Below, piece by piece: positions 40,430 to 54,939 of a stretch of DNA of 64,000 bases. Position numbers and translations under genes: made by a program. How positions within the stretch are numbered: the first letter of the stretch is position 1; each line of letters begins with the position of its first letter. The DNA comes from the human T2T-CHM13v2.0 reference genome, Homo sapiens, in assembly GCF_009914755.1 (NCBI RefSeq), contig NC_060947.1; one strand, given 5' to 3'. A model generated the notes under the pieces. It had not been told where the DNA came from, ran no database searches, and saw only the letters and a program-made list of their open reading frames with translations.

Positions 40430-41502
40430 ACTAGTGGCCAATAAGCTCATAAAAGAATGCTCAAAATTATTAGCCATTAGGGAAACGAAAAACTACAATG
40501 AGATAGTATTTCACATCAACTAGAATGCTTATAAGATAAAAGGAAGCAAATAAAATGTGTTAGTTACTGGTGGAGAAACTGGAACCCTTATGCATTACCC
40601 GAGGCTATGTAAACGGAGTAGTTTCATTGAAAAACGGGTTGGTAGCTCCTTCAGATGTTACACAGAGCTCCTATGTGATGAAGTGATTCTAATCCTAGGT
40701 AAATACCCAAGGTAAATTAAAATAGATGTCCACATAACACTGGGACCATGGATGTTCTTATCAGCAGTTTTTATAATAGCCAAAAATGGAAGCAACACAA
40801 ATTCCCATCAACAAATGAACGAATAAATAAAATGTGATATATTAATGCAATAAAATATTATTTGGCAATTAAAAAATGGATTACTGTACTGATACATGCT
40901 CCAGCAAGAATGAAAAAAATACCATAAGTGAGAAGGCAGTAACAAGATTGAAGTCATAATAGAATCTCCCAGTAAAGAAAAGCCTGGTACCTGACTGCTT
41001 CACTGCTGAATTCTGTCAAACATTAAGAATACCAATACTACTCAAACTTTTCTGAAAAACAGAGGCGGAGGAAATATTTCCAAACTCATTCTATGAGGCT
41101 AGTGCTACTCTGATACCCAAACCAGAGAGACACATCAATAAAAGAAAATTACAGGCCAACATCTGTGATGAATATTGATGCAAAAATCCTCAATAAAATA
41201 CTAGAAAACATATATGATTTAATTTATATGAAAAGTGTAGAATAGACAAATCTATAGAAACCAAAAATAGATTAGGGGTAGCCTGGACCTGGGGAGAAAG
41301 CTAGAATGCTAATGGTGGGGACTGCTCTTGGGTTTGGGTTTTTATGGCAATTGGGGTAATGAAAATTTTCTAAAATTGATTTATGATGATGGCAGCAGAA
41401 CTCTGTCATCATAGTCAGTACCAATGAATTGCATACTTTTTATGGGTGAACTTTATGATATGGGAATTGTATCTCAGTAAAGCTGTTTAGAAAAGAAAAA
41501 AG
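40430..41502 (+). mobile_element. L1MB7/8-like 3' end interrupted by an internal L1 ORF2 fragment (40941-41209)
   Basis: ORF2 C-terminus, then a 3' UTR ending tatctcagtaaagctgtttagaaaagaaaaaa. Confidence 0.75.
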
Positions 41503-43300
41503 GGGCCAACTCTTAGCTCTACCATACGATATCATCTCATAAGTCTCAGCCAATGCTAGAAATAAGCATTATGATTCAAGAAAGGAAGACCCATTAATCA
41601 AATGAATAATTCAGTAGAGTATAAATATAATTTAATTATATAAAAATCAAATTATTTTCTTTAAACTACCCATTACCACTAAAAATAAAAATAGAAATAA
41701 AATGGGATGAAGGTTTCTGAATTAGAAGATACAGCAAGTTCCAGGAGAGGAAGATCAACTTTGCTAAGATTCCATTTTTTATTTTTGCAAAACTCTGCCC
41801 TGTTAATTGAAACCCAGTTGAAATTCTGATGACGTTTATCTGGTTCTTCACAGAATTATTCTGAAGTTTATCTGAGATTAGAAGTTAATTTCAATATTTT
41901 CTTATGCATGTAATATTAATTTCTTAAATAAACAAGTATTTTGTATAATAAAATAATCTTAAATGTTAAAACATGTTAATGTATATTTAATTAGAATTCC
42001 AGAAGGAAAAGGTAAAAAGCATGATATAAAAGCATTATTTGAATCATTCAAAAGAGATTATGTTTGTGGACTTTTCAAAATTCATGAAGTACATTAATTT
42101 TCATGTTCAATAAATCCAAGGAGCCCAAAGCAGAATTTTTTAAATAAAAATACACTTAAACACATCACAGAAAACAAGCAAACAAAAAACTTTAAAAATC
42201 AAGACAACAGTTAACTTTTAAAAAAGTAACCTAACATAAAATAAGAGGAAACATTATAAAAGTAAGAATTAGACTAATAGCTGACCCGTTAAGAGAAAAA
42301 TGCAACCAGCCAACTTACAATTCTTTACCCAACAAAAATATCCCTTAAGAATCAAAAGGAAATTAAGACTTTCTTATTTAACAAAACTAAATCCTAATAG
42401 AATTCAGTAACAGTAGGCATGCATTGGTTGTACATAACTATGTATATACACACATGCACACCCATACATATACACACATGAAGGATATTCCTCAGCAATT
42501 CAAGCAGGAAAAAAAAATAATTTCAGATATAAATTTGGAGATAAAGATGGGAATAAAGAGCAGCAAGTACTTAAATATATGTGTAAATTATATAAACATT
42601 GTGTTCTAATCAATAATAATTCCTCATGGCAAATTAAATAGTAAATAAGTTTTGAGTGGATAAATGGATTTAAATATTCAAATATTTCTAATATCCTCAT
42701 CCTTTTACAAGTTCCTGGAAGTGGTTAAGGTATCAATTAACATTAAACACTGATAAATCAAAGATTCATGTTTTAAAGTCTGTGGTAATCAATGAAAAAC
42801 TTTTGTAAGTATGTGTAACTTCCAAACTGACAAGAAAGAAAGAGAAATGCTAGTTTTAAATACTAGATCTATCTAAAAGAAATATCAAAAGCAGTAGAAA
42901 AGAAAATTAGAGAGGATAAATATAAATCATAGTGTAAGATGAAACATATACACCCAAATATGTTAGTGATTTCACAAAAATATATTTATTAGATGTTACA
43001 ATTAAAAATAAACATTTTCAGTTTATCTAAATAAGGATTTTCATTTTCAGTGCTAGGTAAAAATGTGAGATTCAAATATTAATATGAACGTTAAAATAAA
43101 ATCATCAAAATAAAACTATGGAAATTATAGTGAGAAATTACAAGGTCACTGTTGAAATTAATAAAAATAGTTTAAAGACTTATATGCTATAGGGAGGATA
43201 AACAATTATTAAAAAATTGTTTTTTGCAAAGAACAAAAAAAGTAATAAACCCCTGGACAGGGTGAGAGAGAGAGTGTGTATAAGAAAATAAAGAAGTAAA

Positions 43301-43340
43301 AGGAAGAGGAGGAGAAGGAGGAGGAGGAGGAGGAGGAAGA
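43301..43340. repeat. (GGA)n purine-rich repeat
   Basis: Read directly. Confidence 0.9.
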
Positions 43341-43392
43341 GAATAGCAGAGGACAGAGAAAGCAAAAATAACACATATAATTACATACCTGT

Positions 43393-45270
43393 TTATATTA
43401 TTTGTATCTGTGTCCCTGCCCAAATCTCATGTCAAATTGCAATCCCAAATGTTGGAGGTGGGGCCTGGTGGGAGGTGATTAGATCACGGAGGTGTTTTCC
43501 ATACTTTAACACCATCCCCCCTTGGTTTTGTCATCGTGATAGTGAGTTATTGTGAGATCTGGTTGATTAAAAGTGTGTGTCACCTCCGCTCTCTCTCTTC
43601 CTCCTGTTCCATCCATGCGAAGGTCCAGCTTCCCCATTTGCCTTCCACCATAATTGTAAGTTTTGCCAGGCCTATCCAGAAGCAGAAGCCACTTTGCACC
43701 ACGTACAGCTTGCAAAACTGTGAGCCAGTTCAACCTCTTTTATTTATGAATTACCCAGTCTCAGGTAGTTCTTTTTAACAGTGGAAGAATGAACTAGTAC
43801 AGAAAATTGGTACTCAAAACTTGGGCATTGCTTTAAAAATACCTGAAAATGGGGAAGCAACTTTGGATCTGGGTAACAGGTAGAGGTTGGAAGAGTGTCA
43901 AGTGAACAGAAGAAGGCAGGAAGATGAGGAAAAATTTGGATCATCCAAGAGACTTGTTAAATTGTTGTTACCCAAATGCTGATAGTGATGTGAACAATGA
44001 AGTCCAGGCTGAGGAGGTCTCAGATAGAGATGAAGAACTTACTGACAACTGGAGTAAAGGTCACTTTTGCTATGCTTTAGCAAAGAGCCTGGCTTTATTG
44101 TGCCCCTGCTCCAGGGATCTGTGAACTTGAAACTTCAGAGTGATGATTTAGGTTATCTGGCAGAATAAATTTCTAAGCAGCAAAGCATTCAAGACATGAC
44201 CTGGCTACTTCTAACTACCTCTGCTCATATGCATGAACAAGTAAATGATCTGAAACTGAGACTTGTATTTAAAAGGGAAGCAGAGCTTAAATGTTTTTAA
44301 AAAATTGCAGCCTGGCCATGTGGTAGAAAAGAAAAGCCCATTTTCAGTGGAGGAATTCAAGCAGGCCACAGAAATTTGCATAAGTAGAAAGAAGCCGAGT
44401 GCTAACAGCCAAGACCAAGGAAAAAAGTCCTCGGAGGTATTTCAGCAACCTTCATAGCAGCCCCCCCAATCACAGGCCCAGAGGCCTTGGAGAATGGAAT
44501 AGTTTCATGGCCCATGTCTGGAACCCTGCTACCCTGTGCAGCCTGGGGACACTGCTGCCTGCACTCTGGCTGCTCCAGTTCAAGCCATGAAACAAAGGGT
44601 TCCAGGTACAGTTCAGGCCACTGCTCCAGATGGTGCAGGCTGGAAACCTTGGTAGCTTCCATGTCGTGTTAAGCTTGCAGATGCACAGAATGCAAGAGTT
44701 AAGGCTTGGAAGCCTCTGCCTAGATTTCAGAGGATGTATGAGAAAGCCTGGGTATCCAGGCAGAAGCCTGCTGCAGGGATGGAACCTACATGGAGAGCCT
44801 CTACTAGGGCAGTGTGGAGAGGAAATATGGGGTTGCAGCTCCCACACAAAATCATCATTTGGGCACTGCCTAGTGGAGCTGTGAGAAGAGGGGCACTGTC
44901 CTCCAGACCCAAGAATGGTAAATCCACCTACAGGTTGCACCATGCACATGGAAAAGCCCCAGGCACTCAACGCTAGCCTGTGAAAGAAGCTGTTGGAGCA
45001 GTACCCTGCAGATCCATAGGGGCAGAGATTACCAAGGCCCTGGGAGCCCACCCTTTGCACCAGTGTGCCCTAGATGTGAAACATGGAGTCAAAGGAGATT
45101 ATTTTGGTGCTTTAAGATTTAATGACTGCCATGATGGGTTTCAAATTTGTAAGGGGCCTGTAGCCCCTTTCTTTTGGCTGATTTCTTCCTTTTGTAATGG
45201 GAGTATTTACCCAATGCTTATACTCCCATTGTATCTTGGAAACAACTAACTTTTCTTCTTCTTTTCTTCT

Positions 45271-45311
<41 letters not shown>

Positions 45312-45876
45312 GACTCATAGGGAGGAGGGACTAGCCTTGTCTCAGACGAGACTTTGGACTTTGGAGTTAATGCTGAAATGAGTTAAGACTCTGGGGGATG
45401 TTGAGAAAGCATTATTGTATTTTGAAATGTGAGAAAGACATGAGATTTAGGAGAAGCCTAGGTGGAATAATATAGTTTGGATTTGTGTCATTGCCCAAAT
45501 GTCATATCAAATTAAAACCCCTAATATTGGAGGTGCGGTCTTGGGGGAGGTGATTGGATCATGGGGGTGGTTTCTCATGATTTGACACCATCCCTCCCTG
45601 GTTCTGTCATTGTGATAGTGAGTTCTTATGAAATCTGGTTGTTCAAACATGTGTGGCACCTCCCCTCTGTCTCTTCCTCCTGCTCCGGCCCTGTGAAGTT
45701 CCAGCTTCCTCTTTGCCTTCTACCATGATTGTAAATTTCCTGAGGCCTCTCCAGAAGCAAAAGCTGCTATGCTTCCTATACGGCTTATAGAACCATGAAC
45801 CAATTAAACCCCTTTTCTTTATAAATTACCCGATATCAGTTATTTCTTTATAGCAGTGTAAGAATAGACTAGTACA
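43393..45876 (+). mobile_element. Full-length MSTA MaLR (LTRs 43393-43801 and 45468-45876)
   Basis: Two LTRs flank an internal region that begins gaaaattggtac; T-rich tract at 45251-45308. Confidence 0.9.
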
Positions 45877-48807
45877 CACACACACACACAGACATATATA
45901 TATACACACACACACACTCGTATGTATGTATATATAATTATGCATCACTATGAATGCTGCACAGATTTAACAAAGATATCATGAACAACTATGATTAGAT
46001 TTAGTAAAAATTTATGTGAAGAGGACAAATTCTTAAGAAAGCACATGATTCCAAAATTGACCCAGAAATACAATGATAACCTGGATAATTATATCACTAC
46101 TGAAGACATTGACTCTATAATGAAAAGCACTACCACAAAGAGAATGCTAATAGCAAGGCATTTCATCCGATAATTTTAACAGACATTTAAGGAAGAAACA
46201 GCCTCAATACTAAATAAATTCTTCCATAGAATGAAAAAAGCAAAAAAACCCAGAAACTAAAGACTCTTCATTTATGTAACCAGCCTAAATTGACACCAAA
46301 ACAGTTGGCTAAAAAATTATATGAAAAGAAAATTACAGGCTAGTATTATTTTTAAACATAAATTCAAACCTTCTAAATAATATTAACCAACAGAATCCGG
46401 CATTATGTGACTAAGATATCAAGTTGCAGTTTTTTCAATAATGCAGAGCCCGTTTGAGTCTTGAAGAGACATTTGTACATCCGTGTTTATAGCAGCATAT
46501 TTCACAATTGCTAAAACATGAAAAGAGATAGAGATGGAGACAAATATATTTTAAAAAGTTGAAAAGTTAAGCCACAGAATAGAATATATCTTTAACACTT
46601 TAACACATGTAATTGACAAAAGGCTTTTATGCGGAGTAGAAATTCCTCAAAATTGATAAGACAAAGACTGTCAGTCCAAATATTCTAAAGACAAATATTC
46701 TAAAGACCAAATATTCTGAAGACGAAGACTCTCAATCTCAAATATTCTAAAATATTTGAGAAACTTTAACACACACATCACAAAAGAGGATATCCAAAAT
46801 GTCCAATAAACATGAATTGTGCCAAATCTATAAATGAGCTAAATACCGATCCACACCAGAATGGAATAATTGTGTATGTTTTTAAGGTAGAATAATCAAC
46901 AGTTATGGAACTGAATAAACACACAGCAACAGTGGCATAAATATAATGTTGGGCTAAAGAAGCCAAACACAACACAAAATAAAACATAAGGTGTGATTCC
47001 ATTTCTATAAAACACAAAGTAGGGGAAACAAAATTATAGTCTTCAAGATTGCAAGTGGTAAACAAAATAAAGAAAAACTAAGAAATTATTAACATATAAG
47101 TCAAGGGGGCAGTAACCTTTATGGAGAGTGCAGAGGCATGTTCCCGGAAAACAGCATGTGAGTGCTTCTGGGTTATTATCACTGTTTTATTTACTTTTTG
47201 TGGTAAGCACACGGGTATTGACTTCATTAAGCTGTATGTTTTTCTTCCATGTAGCCTTCCAAATGTGTGTTTTATTTCACAATAAAATGTTTCAAAGTAA
47301 ATTTCATAGAACAAATGATAAATATTTAAGCATATTATTAAATGTATAAAGGTAACAGAAGAATTATGTATAATAATATAATCAGCAACATTCTCAGGAA
47401 AAAGGAAGCCACAAGATGGAAGTTAGCACAATTAAGCTAAATCTCTCATTTTTCAAGCAAGACAATTGCCTAAAGTTAAAGAAATGACGTTCTAATCCTA
47501 TAATTTATGTTGTCTATTACCACCAAAAAGGTGTGTGTGGGTTTGCGTGTGTGTGTGAACATGGGTTTATAAACTGTTGACCATGATGAGAGGGTCAAGG
47601 ATGAAAACCTAGACTTCTCTTCTAGGGCTATTATGTACCATTTGTTTTTAGCTATCTGCATATATTACTAAATACTAACAATTATAGTTGAGTTAGTTTA
47701 AAAGTACCAGAGGTCCCTATATAAGATTATACCAGGGAACAATTTTTGATAATATATTGATGTAACCCTTTAAAAATTAAATTATGGTGATAATGGAGAT
47801 GAAATTTCTGTTTCCATCCCCGATATTCAGAAATAAGCTCTATAACCTAAAAGGCACTAAGATAAATCATCTTCTCAGCATCTTACCCTATGTTCCAGCA
47901 ACAGGGGTTGACCACTCATTTTTGAACTTGTCTTTAATAGATACACCTTGCTGGATGGGAGATATTTGTCTTCCATTCCTTTCCATACATTTCTTTCCAT
48001 AGTTGGAACAACTCATCATAATCTTCTGTCACCATCTTCTGTTCCTGCACTCTCAGGCCCATTAGACTATTCTAATAAATGAACCTCATTTTATTCCAAC
48101 CTGACAGCTTTGTATTTCAGCTGCAAGTTTTGGGATGTGCAAAGATGAGTATATTATTATTTCTTACCTAAGCAGTGACATTTTTGAGGGGCAAAGGGAT
48201 TATTATTAATTAACTACCTTGGGAGACAGGTAGCATTATTGTTTATACTGTGTCTGCCTAGACTCATGGTCATTTATTGCTAAAAATGAATTGTGTTTAT
48301 ATTCTTAGTTTGCAATGCATATCTATGGTTGACTAAAAATCATTTACCTTCCAAATTTGTGGGCAGTATTCTGTCTCCCATTAACATAAATTTAAAGCTA
48401 GAAACCATAAAGAGGACTTCTCTTATATTTCTCATGATTTTATATTATAAACTAAAACTAAGTAACACACACACACACACATATATATATTTGCAAATCA
48501 TGTTCACAAGCAGTAAGTAGTTAAGTGATTCACTGGGAAGTATGGCAAATGCTAGGAAATTTTCTGTATTTGAAAATGTGGCAGACTGGCCAGATTCAAG
48601 ATACTTATTTGTAAAATATAATTATTTTTGAGAGCACAGCAACCTAGGTCAAATGACTAACCAAATAAAGCTAAAGCATTTAAAGGTATCCAAAATGGTG
48701 GCACTCCTGCTTGCTAGTAGGATCTTGTGAAATGCTGTCCACGTAGCTTATAGAAAGTTGGGTATTCCTTTGAAAAGTATGTAAACTACAAAGTTTCTAA
48801 TTACATT

Positions 48808-49320
48808 TGTATTAATTAATATGTACAGTGAGCTGCATGTAACTGAGGGACAAACATAACAATGGCGGAAATTAGATAAAAATTCACTTTTCCTGCATGT
48901 CAATGTCTGAAATAGTAGGGTAGATCTTCTCCATGAAGTTCTCTGAGTTGTTATGCTTGGACTATAATCCCCATGGTGCTAGGCCTTGAACTCTTTTTAT
49001 CTTCTTGTTCCGTCCTTTGTGAGATTTTCTACCTCTCTGCTTGTTTGAGATGACTCTAAAATGACTCCTCACTTGCTTTCCAAGTCAGGTGAAAAGAAAC
49101 ACAGGAGGGCAAAGCCACACCCATTTCCTTCAATGATACAACCCAGAAGTCACTACTTCAGCATATATCTCATTGGTCAGAACTTAGTCATTTGCCTGAA
49201 CCTATCTAAAAAGGAGGCTGAGAAATATATTACTTGTCTTAGTGTCTATGTACCCAATTAAACATTCATTTCATTGGAAGGAGGAAGAAATGTATACAGA
49301 GGAGAGAGCTGTCAATTATA
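48808..49320 (-). mobile_element. Old MLT1 (I/J/K/L-like) LTR
   Basis: atctcattggtcagaacttagtca...aaggaggctgagaaat. Confidence 0.65.
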
Positions 49321-49929
49321 GCCTCCTTCAATAAGTATTAACAGTACTGATTCACGTTCCCCAGGAGCATAAAGTCTAAACTGGGGAAAATATACAGACT
49401 TTTGAGCATAGTTTGCAGTAGAATGTGATAAATAATCTCTCTAAGAAAGAAGCAGAAAAACAATACTATAAGCACATGAAACATGTGAGAAGGAAATCAA
49501 TTCTGACAGGGAAACTGAATAGACATTTTATAATTGGATGCATTTAAGATAGTAACTGGGAAAATACAAATTATTAATTATCAACAGATGAAGACTGGTT
49601 AGAAGAAATTCCCAGGAGAAAACATAATCAGAGAAGTTTTTTCGAAAAACGCAGGACAAATTTAATTTGGCAAGAGTTTAGGTTTCATTCATTCTTTCAG
49701 TACAACTATATTTGTAGTGAACTATTGCTTATTCTGCATTCTTATTTATTTATTCATTCATGTATCTCATATTATTTACCACTTACTTACCGCGTGCCGG
49801 ATTATGTGCTCATGAGCCCTGGGAATACTGACATAAACTCTGCCTTCAGGGGTCTTAATGTACAGTGAAGAAAACAAACAATAACAGATATTTACACAAG
49901 AATATTATCACAAGTATTATGCTGGGTGT

Positions 49930-51620
49930 TGTTTTGGGTTAAATATTTATGTCCCTGCAAAATCATATGTTGAAATACTAAGTCACAATATGAAGATATT
50001 AGGAGGTATGGCCTTTGGGAAGTAATAAGCTCAGAAGGACGAGCCCACATAAATGGGATTAGTGCCCTTTAAAAAGAAACCCCAGAGAGCTATCTCATCC
50101 TCCTTCCACCATGTGAAAATATGAGAAGTCAGCAGCCTGCATCCCAGAAGAAAGCCCTTATTAGAACTATATCATACTGGCATCCTGATCTCAGACTTCC
50201 AGCCTCCAGAACAGTGAGAAATACATTTCCATTGTTTATGAGACATACAGCCTCTGGTGTTTTCTTATAGCAATCCAAACTGACTAAGACAGACATTAGT
50301 AATGAGCCTTGGTGATGGGGCGACTGCTGTAATAAACAACTAAAAATATTAAAGCAGCTTTGCACCTGAATAATGGGTAGAAACTGGGTAGAGGTACATG
50401 TTGGAGAAAGCCTGGATTGCTGTGAATGTACTTTTAAAGGCAATTATGGTGAGAGCTTATAAAGAAAATAATAGAGCTGTAGAGAAATCTTCTGTCTTCT
50501 CAAATAATACTTAAATAACCATAAGTAGAATGTTGGCAGAAATATGAATGGTAAAGTCCATTCTGATAAGATCTTACATGGAAATGAAAATGAAACATAT
50601 TGGAAACTGTAAGAAAAGCAATCCTTGTAATAAACTGGCAAAGAACATGACAATTGAATATTTAGCTAAGGAGATTTCTAAGCAAAAAGGGTTGAAGTTT
50701 CTGGTTCCTCCTGACTGCTTATAGTAAAAGTTGGGAAGAAGGAAATGAATTAAACATAAAATTGCTAAGCAAAAAGAAACCAGAAATTAAAGACTTGGAA
50801 AATTCTCGGCATTTTAATGTTACTAAAATCAATAAAGAATGTTCAGGAAACAAAACTAAGGGTTGGGTAGGCAGACCATTTCATAACAAGATTAGTGTGG
50901 GTGAGAACCACCGGGGATAAAATCAACCACCTTAACAAAAACCAGGAATAGAGATGAGATTATACTAGCAGAAATACTGCTAGCTGGGACTGAAGGAAAC
51001 CGGAAATGAAAGAAAATGAAGGAGAACTTGGACTTCCTAGACCATACAGGACTGGATTATGGAGCTATAGATACTGTGAACACCTGCTATCTTTAAGACA
51101 AGAGAATAAGGACTCCAAAGGCAATTCAGAGATCAACAATTCTACCACTCCTACACAGGCCCAAAATGCACAGGCGTAGGGTGGCAGGGAGGGCTGCCTT
51201 CGCTTTGATTTCAAAAGGTGTAGCCATTTTGTAAAACCCTGGAGGCACAACTTCAACCTTAATTGAGAACTGCAGGATGGGTAGGGCCACCGCAGAAAAC
51301 CACAACAGCACCCTGCTGAGCTGTCAGGGTGACATTGCAAACCCAGTGTGTCCAGAAGTTGGGAAAGCCACCCCAGTGGGTCTGGCAGGCAAAGCATTAA
51401 GCCAAAGATGCTCAATCTTAACGCTTAATGCTTAATCTCAAGCATTAAGATTTAATGGAGTATGTACTATTAGGTTTTGAATTTACTTGGGATCATTCCT
51501 TTTATTTTATATTTCTCCCTTTTGAAATGAGAATGTCTATTCTATGCCTGTCTCAACATTGTATTATGAAAGCACACAACTTTTCTGGTTTCACAGATTT
51601 GCAGCTGGATAGATTGTGTC
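49930..51620 (+). mobile_element. MLT1A0 LTR (49930-50291) plus MLT1A internal region, no 3' LTR; nested in a minus-strand L2
   Basis: The LTR ends gactaagaca and MaLR internal sequence follows; L2-like sequence lies at 49740-49925 and 51640-52150. Confidence 0.8.
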
Positions 51621-52815
51621 TTATAATACAGTATACAGGAAAATGAACGTAGGTTAGGTAGGTGGTCAGAGAAGGGTTCTGTGACAAGGTGATATTTAAT
51701 AAGAGTCTGTGAGAATGACCAATTAAAGTGATGTTATATATGTTAGTAAAAAGTATCCCAGGCAGAAATATAAGAATATGTAAAGATTGTAAAATGGGGA
51801 AAAAGTATGGAATGTTAGAGGAATTGAAAGCGTCGTGAAGCAGAAATTATTAATAGGAAAGTGGGCAGGTGTCAGATCATGTGTGATTTTCATGGTCATA
51901 TTTTAGATTTGTTACTTTATCCTGAGGTTACTGGAAAGGAATTGAAAAGATTTAAGCAAAGGAACAATATAAGTCACTTAATTTTTAATTTAAGAAAATA
52001 AGTGAAGGCATGCTAGAGAATGAGATCTGCGAAAATCGAAGCAAGGTGGAGCTAAAAACAGTAGAAGATGAATGACATCAGATCAGTGAGGGGCTTGAAA
52101 GCCATGTGCAGAAATATAGACTTTATTCTGGGGTCAATGGAGAAACATTAACTACATAAATTGGATTCATTTTTCTAATATGTTCCCTCCAAAGTAAATA
52201 AAGCCTTTAATACCCCCATTTACCTATTAGAAACTTCAGAGAATTAAGTTTAAATCAAAACTGCTGTCAAAGCCATGATCCAATGGACAGTTGCAAATAT
52301 TATGCTGAAGAAAATTCACATGTTAAGGAGAACTAGTCAGACTTGCCCCCTCAATGATTTCGAAAGACTGATGGGATCTTCAGGATGAACTGAACTGAAA
52401 GGAATGGAACCATACACTTTCAGGCAGCAGATCAAGATAAATGGCTAGTTGCTGGCAGATATTAAAGTCAGCTTAATTCACCACTAAGAAAGCAGAAGGC
52501 TATAAAGAAAACAGAATACCTACTAGTTGGCTATACTGCTGCATGCTGCAAAAATGAAAGAAATGACAGCATTTAGGCCTTAGAGGCTTTGATGAGTATG
52601 AAGAGTTCTTGTAATTTTACAGGATGAATAACATGGCCTCCTATCATTACTGCCTCTGTACCTACTTTTATGTAATTTTTGATTTTAAAATACCCAGCCT
52701 TTGGCCCAGAGGGGACTAAATCTTGGACTTAATACTATAGTCTCTCCTTATTGACATCTATCTATAAAATGATACTAAGTTCTAAGGGCTTTGTTGTCCA
52801 TGTGGCAAGATGAAT

Positions 52816-53055
52816 CCTCTATTCCTTCTTGCTCCCTACCCCCGTGAACAGGAGGTAGAATGAGAATACAAGGAAAGGAGTTAAATGAATTATTAACTTC
52901 TGGTGCTAATATTTGGCCCTGCTTTGGGATATGTACCTCTATTCCTTCTTGCTCCCTACGACGGTGAACAGGAGGTAGAATGAGAATACAAGGAAAGGAG
53001 TTACATGAATTATTAACTTCCGGTGCTACTATTTGGCCCTGCTTTGGGATGTGTA
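52816..53055. repeat. Two-copy 120-bp tandem duplication
   Basis: 52816-52935 versus 52936-53055: 7 substitutions, no indels. Confidence 0.95.
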
Positions 53056-53799
53056 CCTGATCTTTCAGTAAGTTAAATGCTTAAACATTCTTCTGAGTTA
53101 TCATCTGTAAGGTCTGGGAAAGCCCCATCTTGTAGTATCGAGAAAAGAGGCAGCACTTGATACCCAATTGCTTAGTGAGGCTCTCGTGCCTATATAGATC
53201 TCGTGGGCTACAAGTTGCAATCATATTCAGAAGAGCAGATGACCCCTAGGATGATAAGGATCATAAAAGACCATAAGGCTAATATACCCTTATGCCCAAC
53301 AGAAAACAACTTTAGATTGAATACTACAGTGGAGTAAACAAATACAATATAAATATAGAAAAGTCTCTTATAGTCACCTTTTAATTTATTTTTCTCTAAA
53401 ATTTCAAAGTTGTCCAAGTGAACAGCAACAAATTATAAGATTCCAGAGGTGCAATATGAACAAAACAAAGAGCAAGTTAACAACATTGCAGAAAACCTGG
53501 GCTAAGGTACAAGCACTAAAGCCTACCCTTCCTTGGACAGCCTCATTGCACCAACTTCCTATAAGCCAACAGAATTATCTGCAATTCACACAGCCCTGTC
53601 ATTCCTCTTAAAGTATGCCTCATATTATACATGGCTCAAGCAAATATGTTTGGGGCAATTTTTCTTAAACATTTTATATGTAAAAATAATGTCTGTGAGT
53701 GCATGTGTCATGTGCTTGTAGTGTTTGTGTGTTGTTGGGGAGGTCACAGAGAGAAACAAAACCTGCTTTTATGTATACATAAATTTTCTCAACAAAAAA

Positions 53800-54407
<608 letters not shown>

Positions 54408-54939
54408 TTAAAAGCAAAATAAAAGACAAAGCAAACTTTATTTTTAGTTGAGGGTTAAACTGATTATTTACTTAGAAAACAGTACTTTCGAGTCAGGGAC
54501 ATTAGAGCATTATTAAAAATTCACTATTTAATTATTTTCCACTTAAATCTATTTTTCTCTTGATATTAGGGTTTTACCACTGAATATAGCCCAGTATGAG
54601 TATTGTACAATATTAATGCTTTTTTTATTTGGTGTTTCAATAGAAGGATTTTTTTAAGACCTTAATGAATAATTTCGGCTTCCTTCCTGAATAGCCTCTA
54701 ATAACTAAATGCCATCTATTTGTTCCTTTTGATTTTTGAGAAAATTGCCCAGGTTTGGTTTCCTAGGAAATAGTTCTCTGTCCTGGAGGAATGAATTTGG
54801 ACTGATTAGCTGCTTTACTTATTTGTCCTATCATTACGCCACAGTATTGAACATTCTGCTATGAAAAGAGATGTGTTGGTATGGAAGAACTGTATTCATT
54901 TATGTGATAGACATCAGCAGGACATGGAAGCCAGGACAT

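Larger units (their letters stand above)
41985..47295 (+). mobile_element. Highly decayed L1ME-type element (ORF1 41985-43250, ORF2 45940-46450, 3' UTR 46540-47295), split by MSTA
   Basis: attccagaagga...attagactaatagctgac (ORF1); aaagaaaattacaggc (ORF2); ends ttttatttcacaataaaatg. Confidence 0.55.

Noticed and set aside
52816-53055. Tandem repeat as a CRISPR-like or ncRNA array
   Set aside because: Only two contiguous copies, no spacers, human context and no convincing hairpin.
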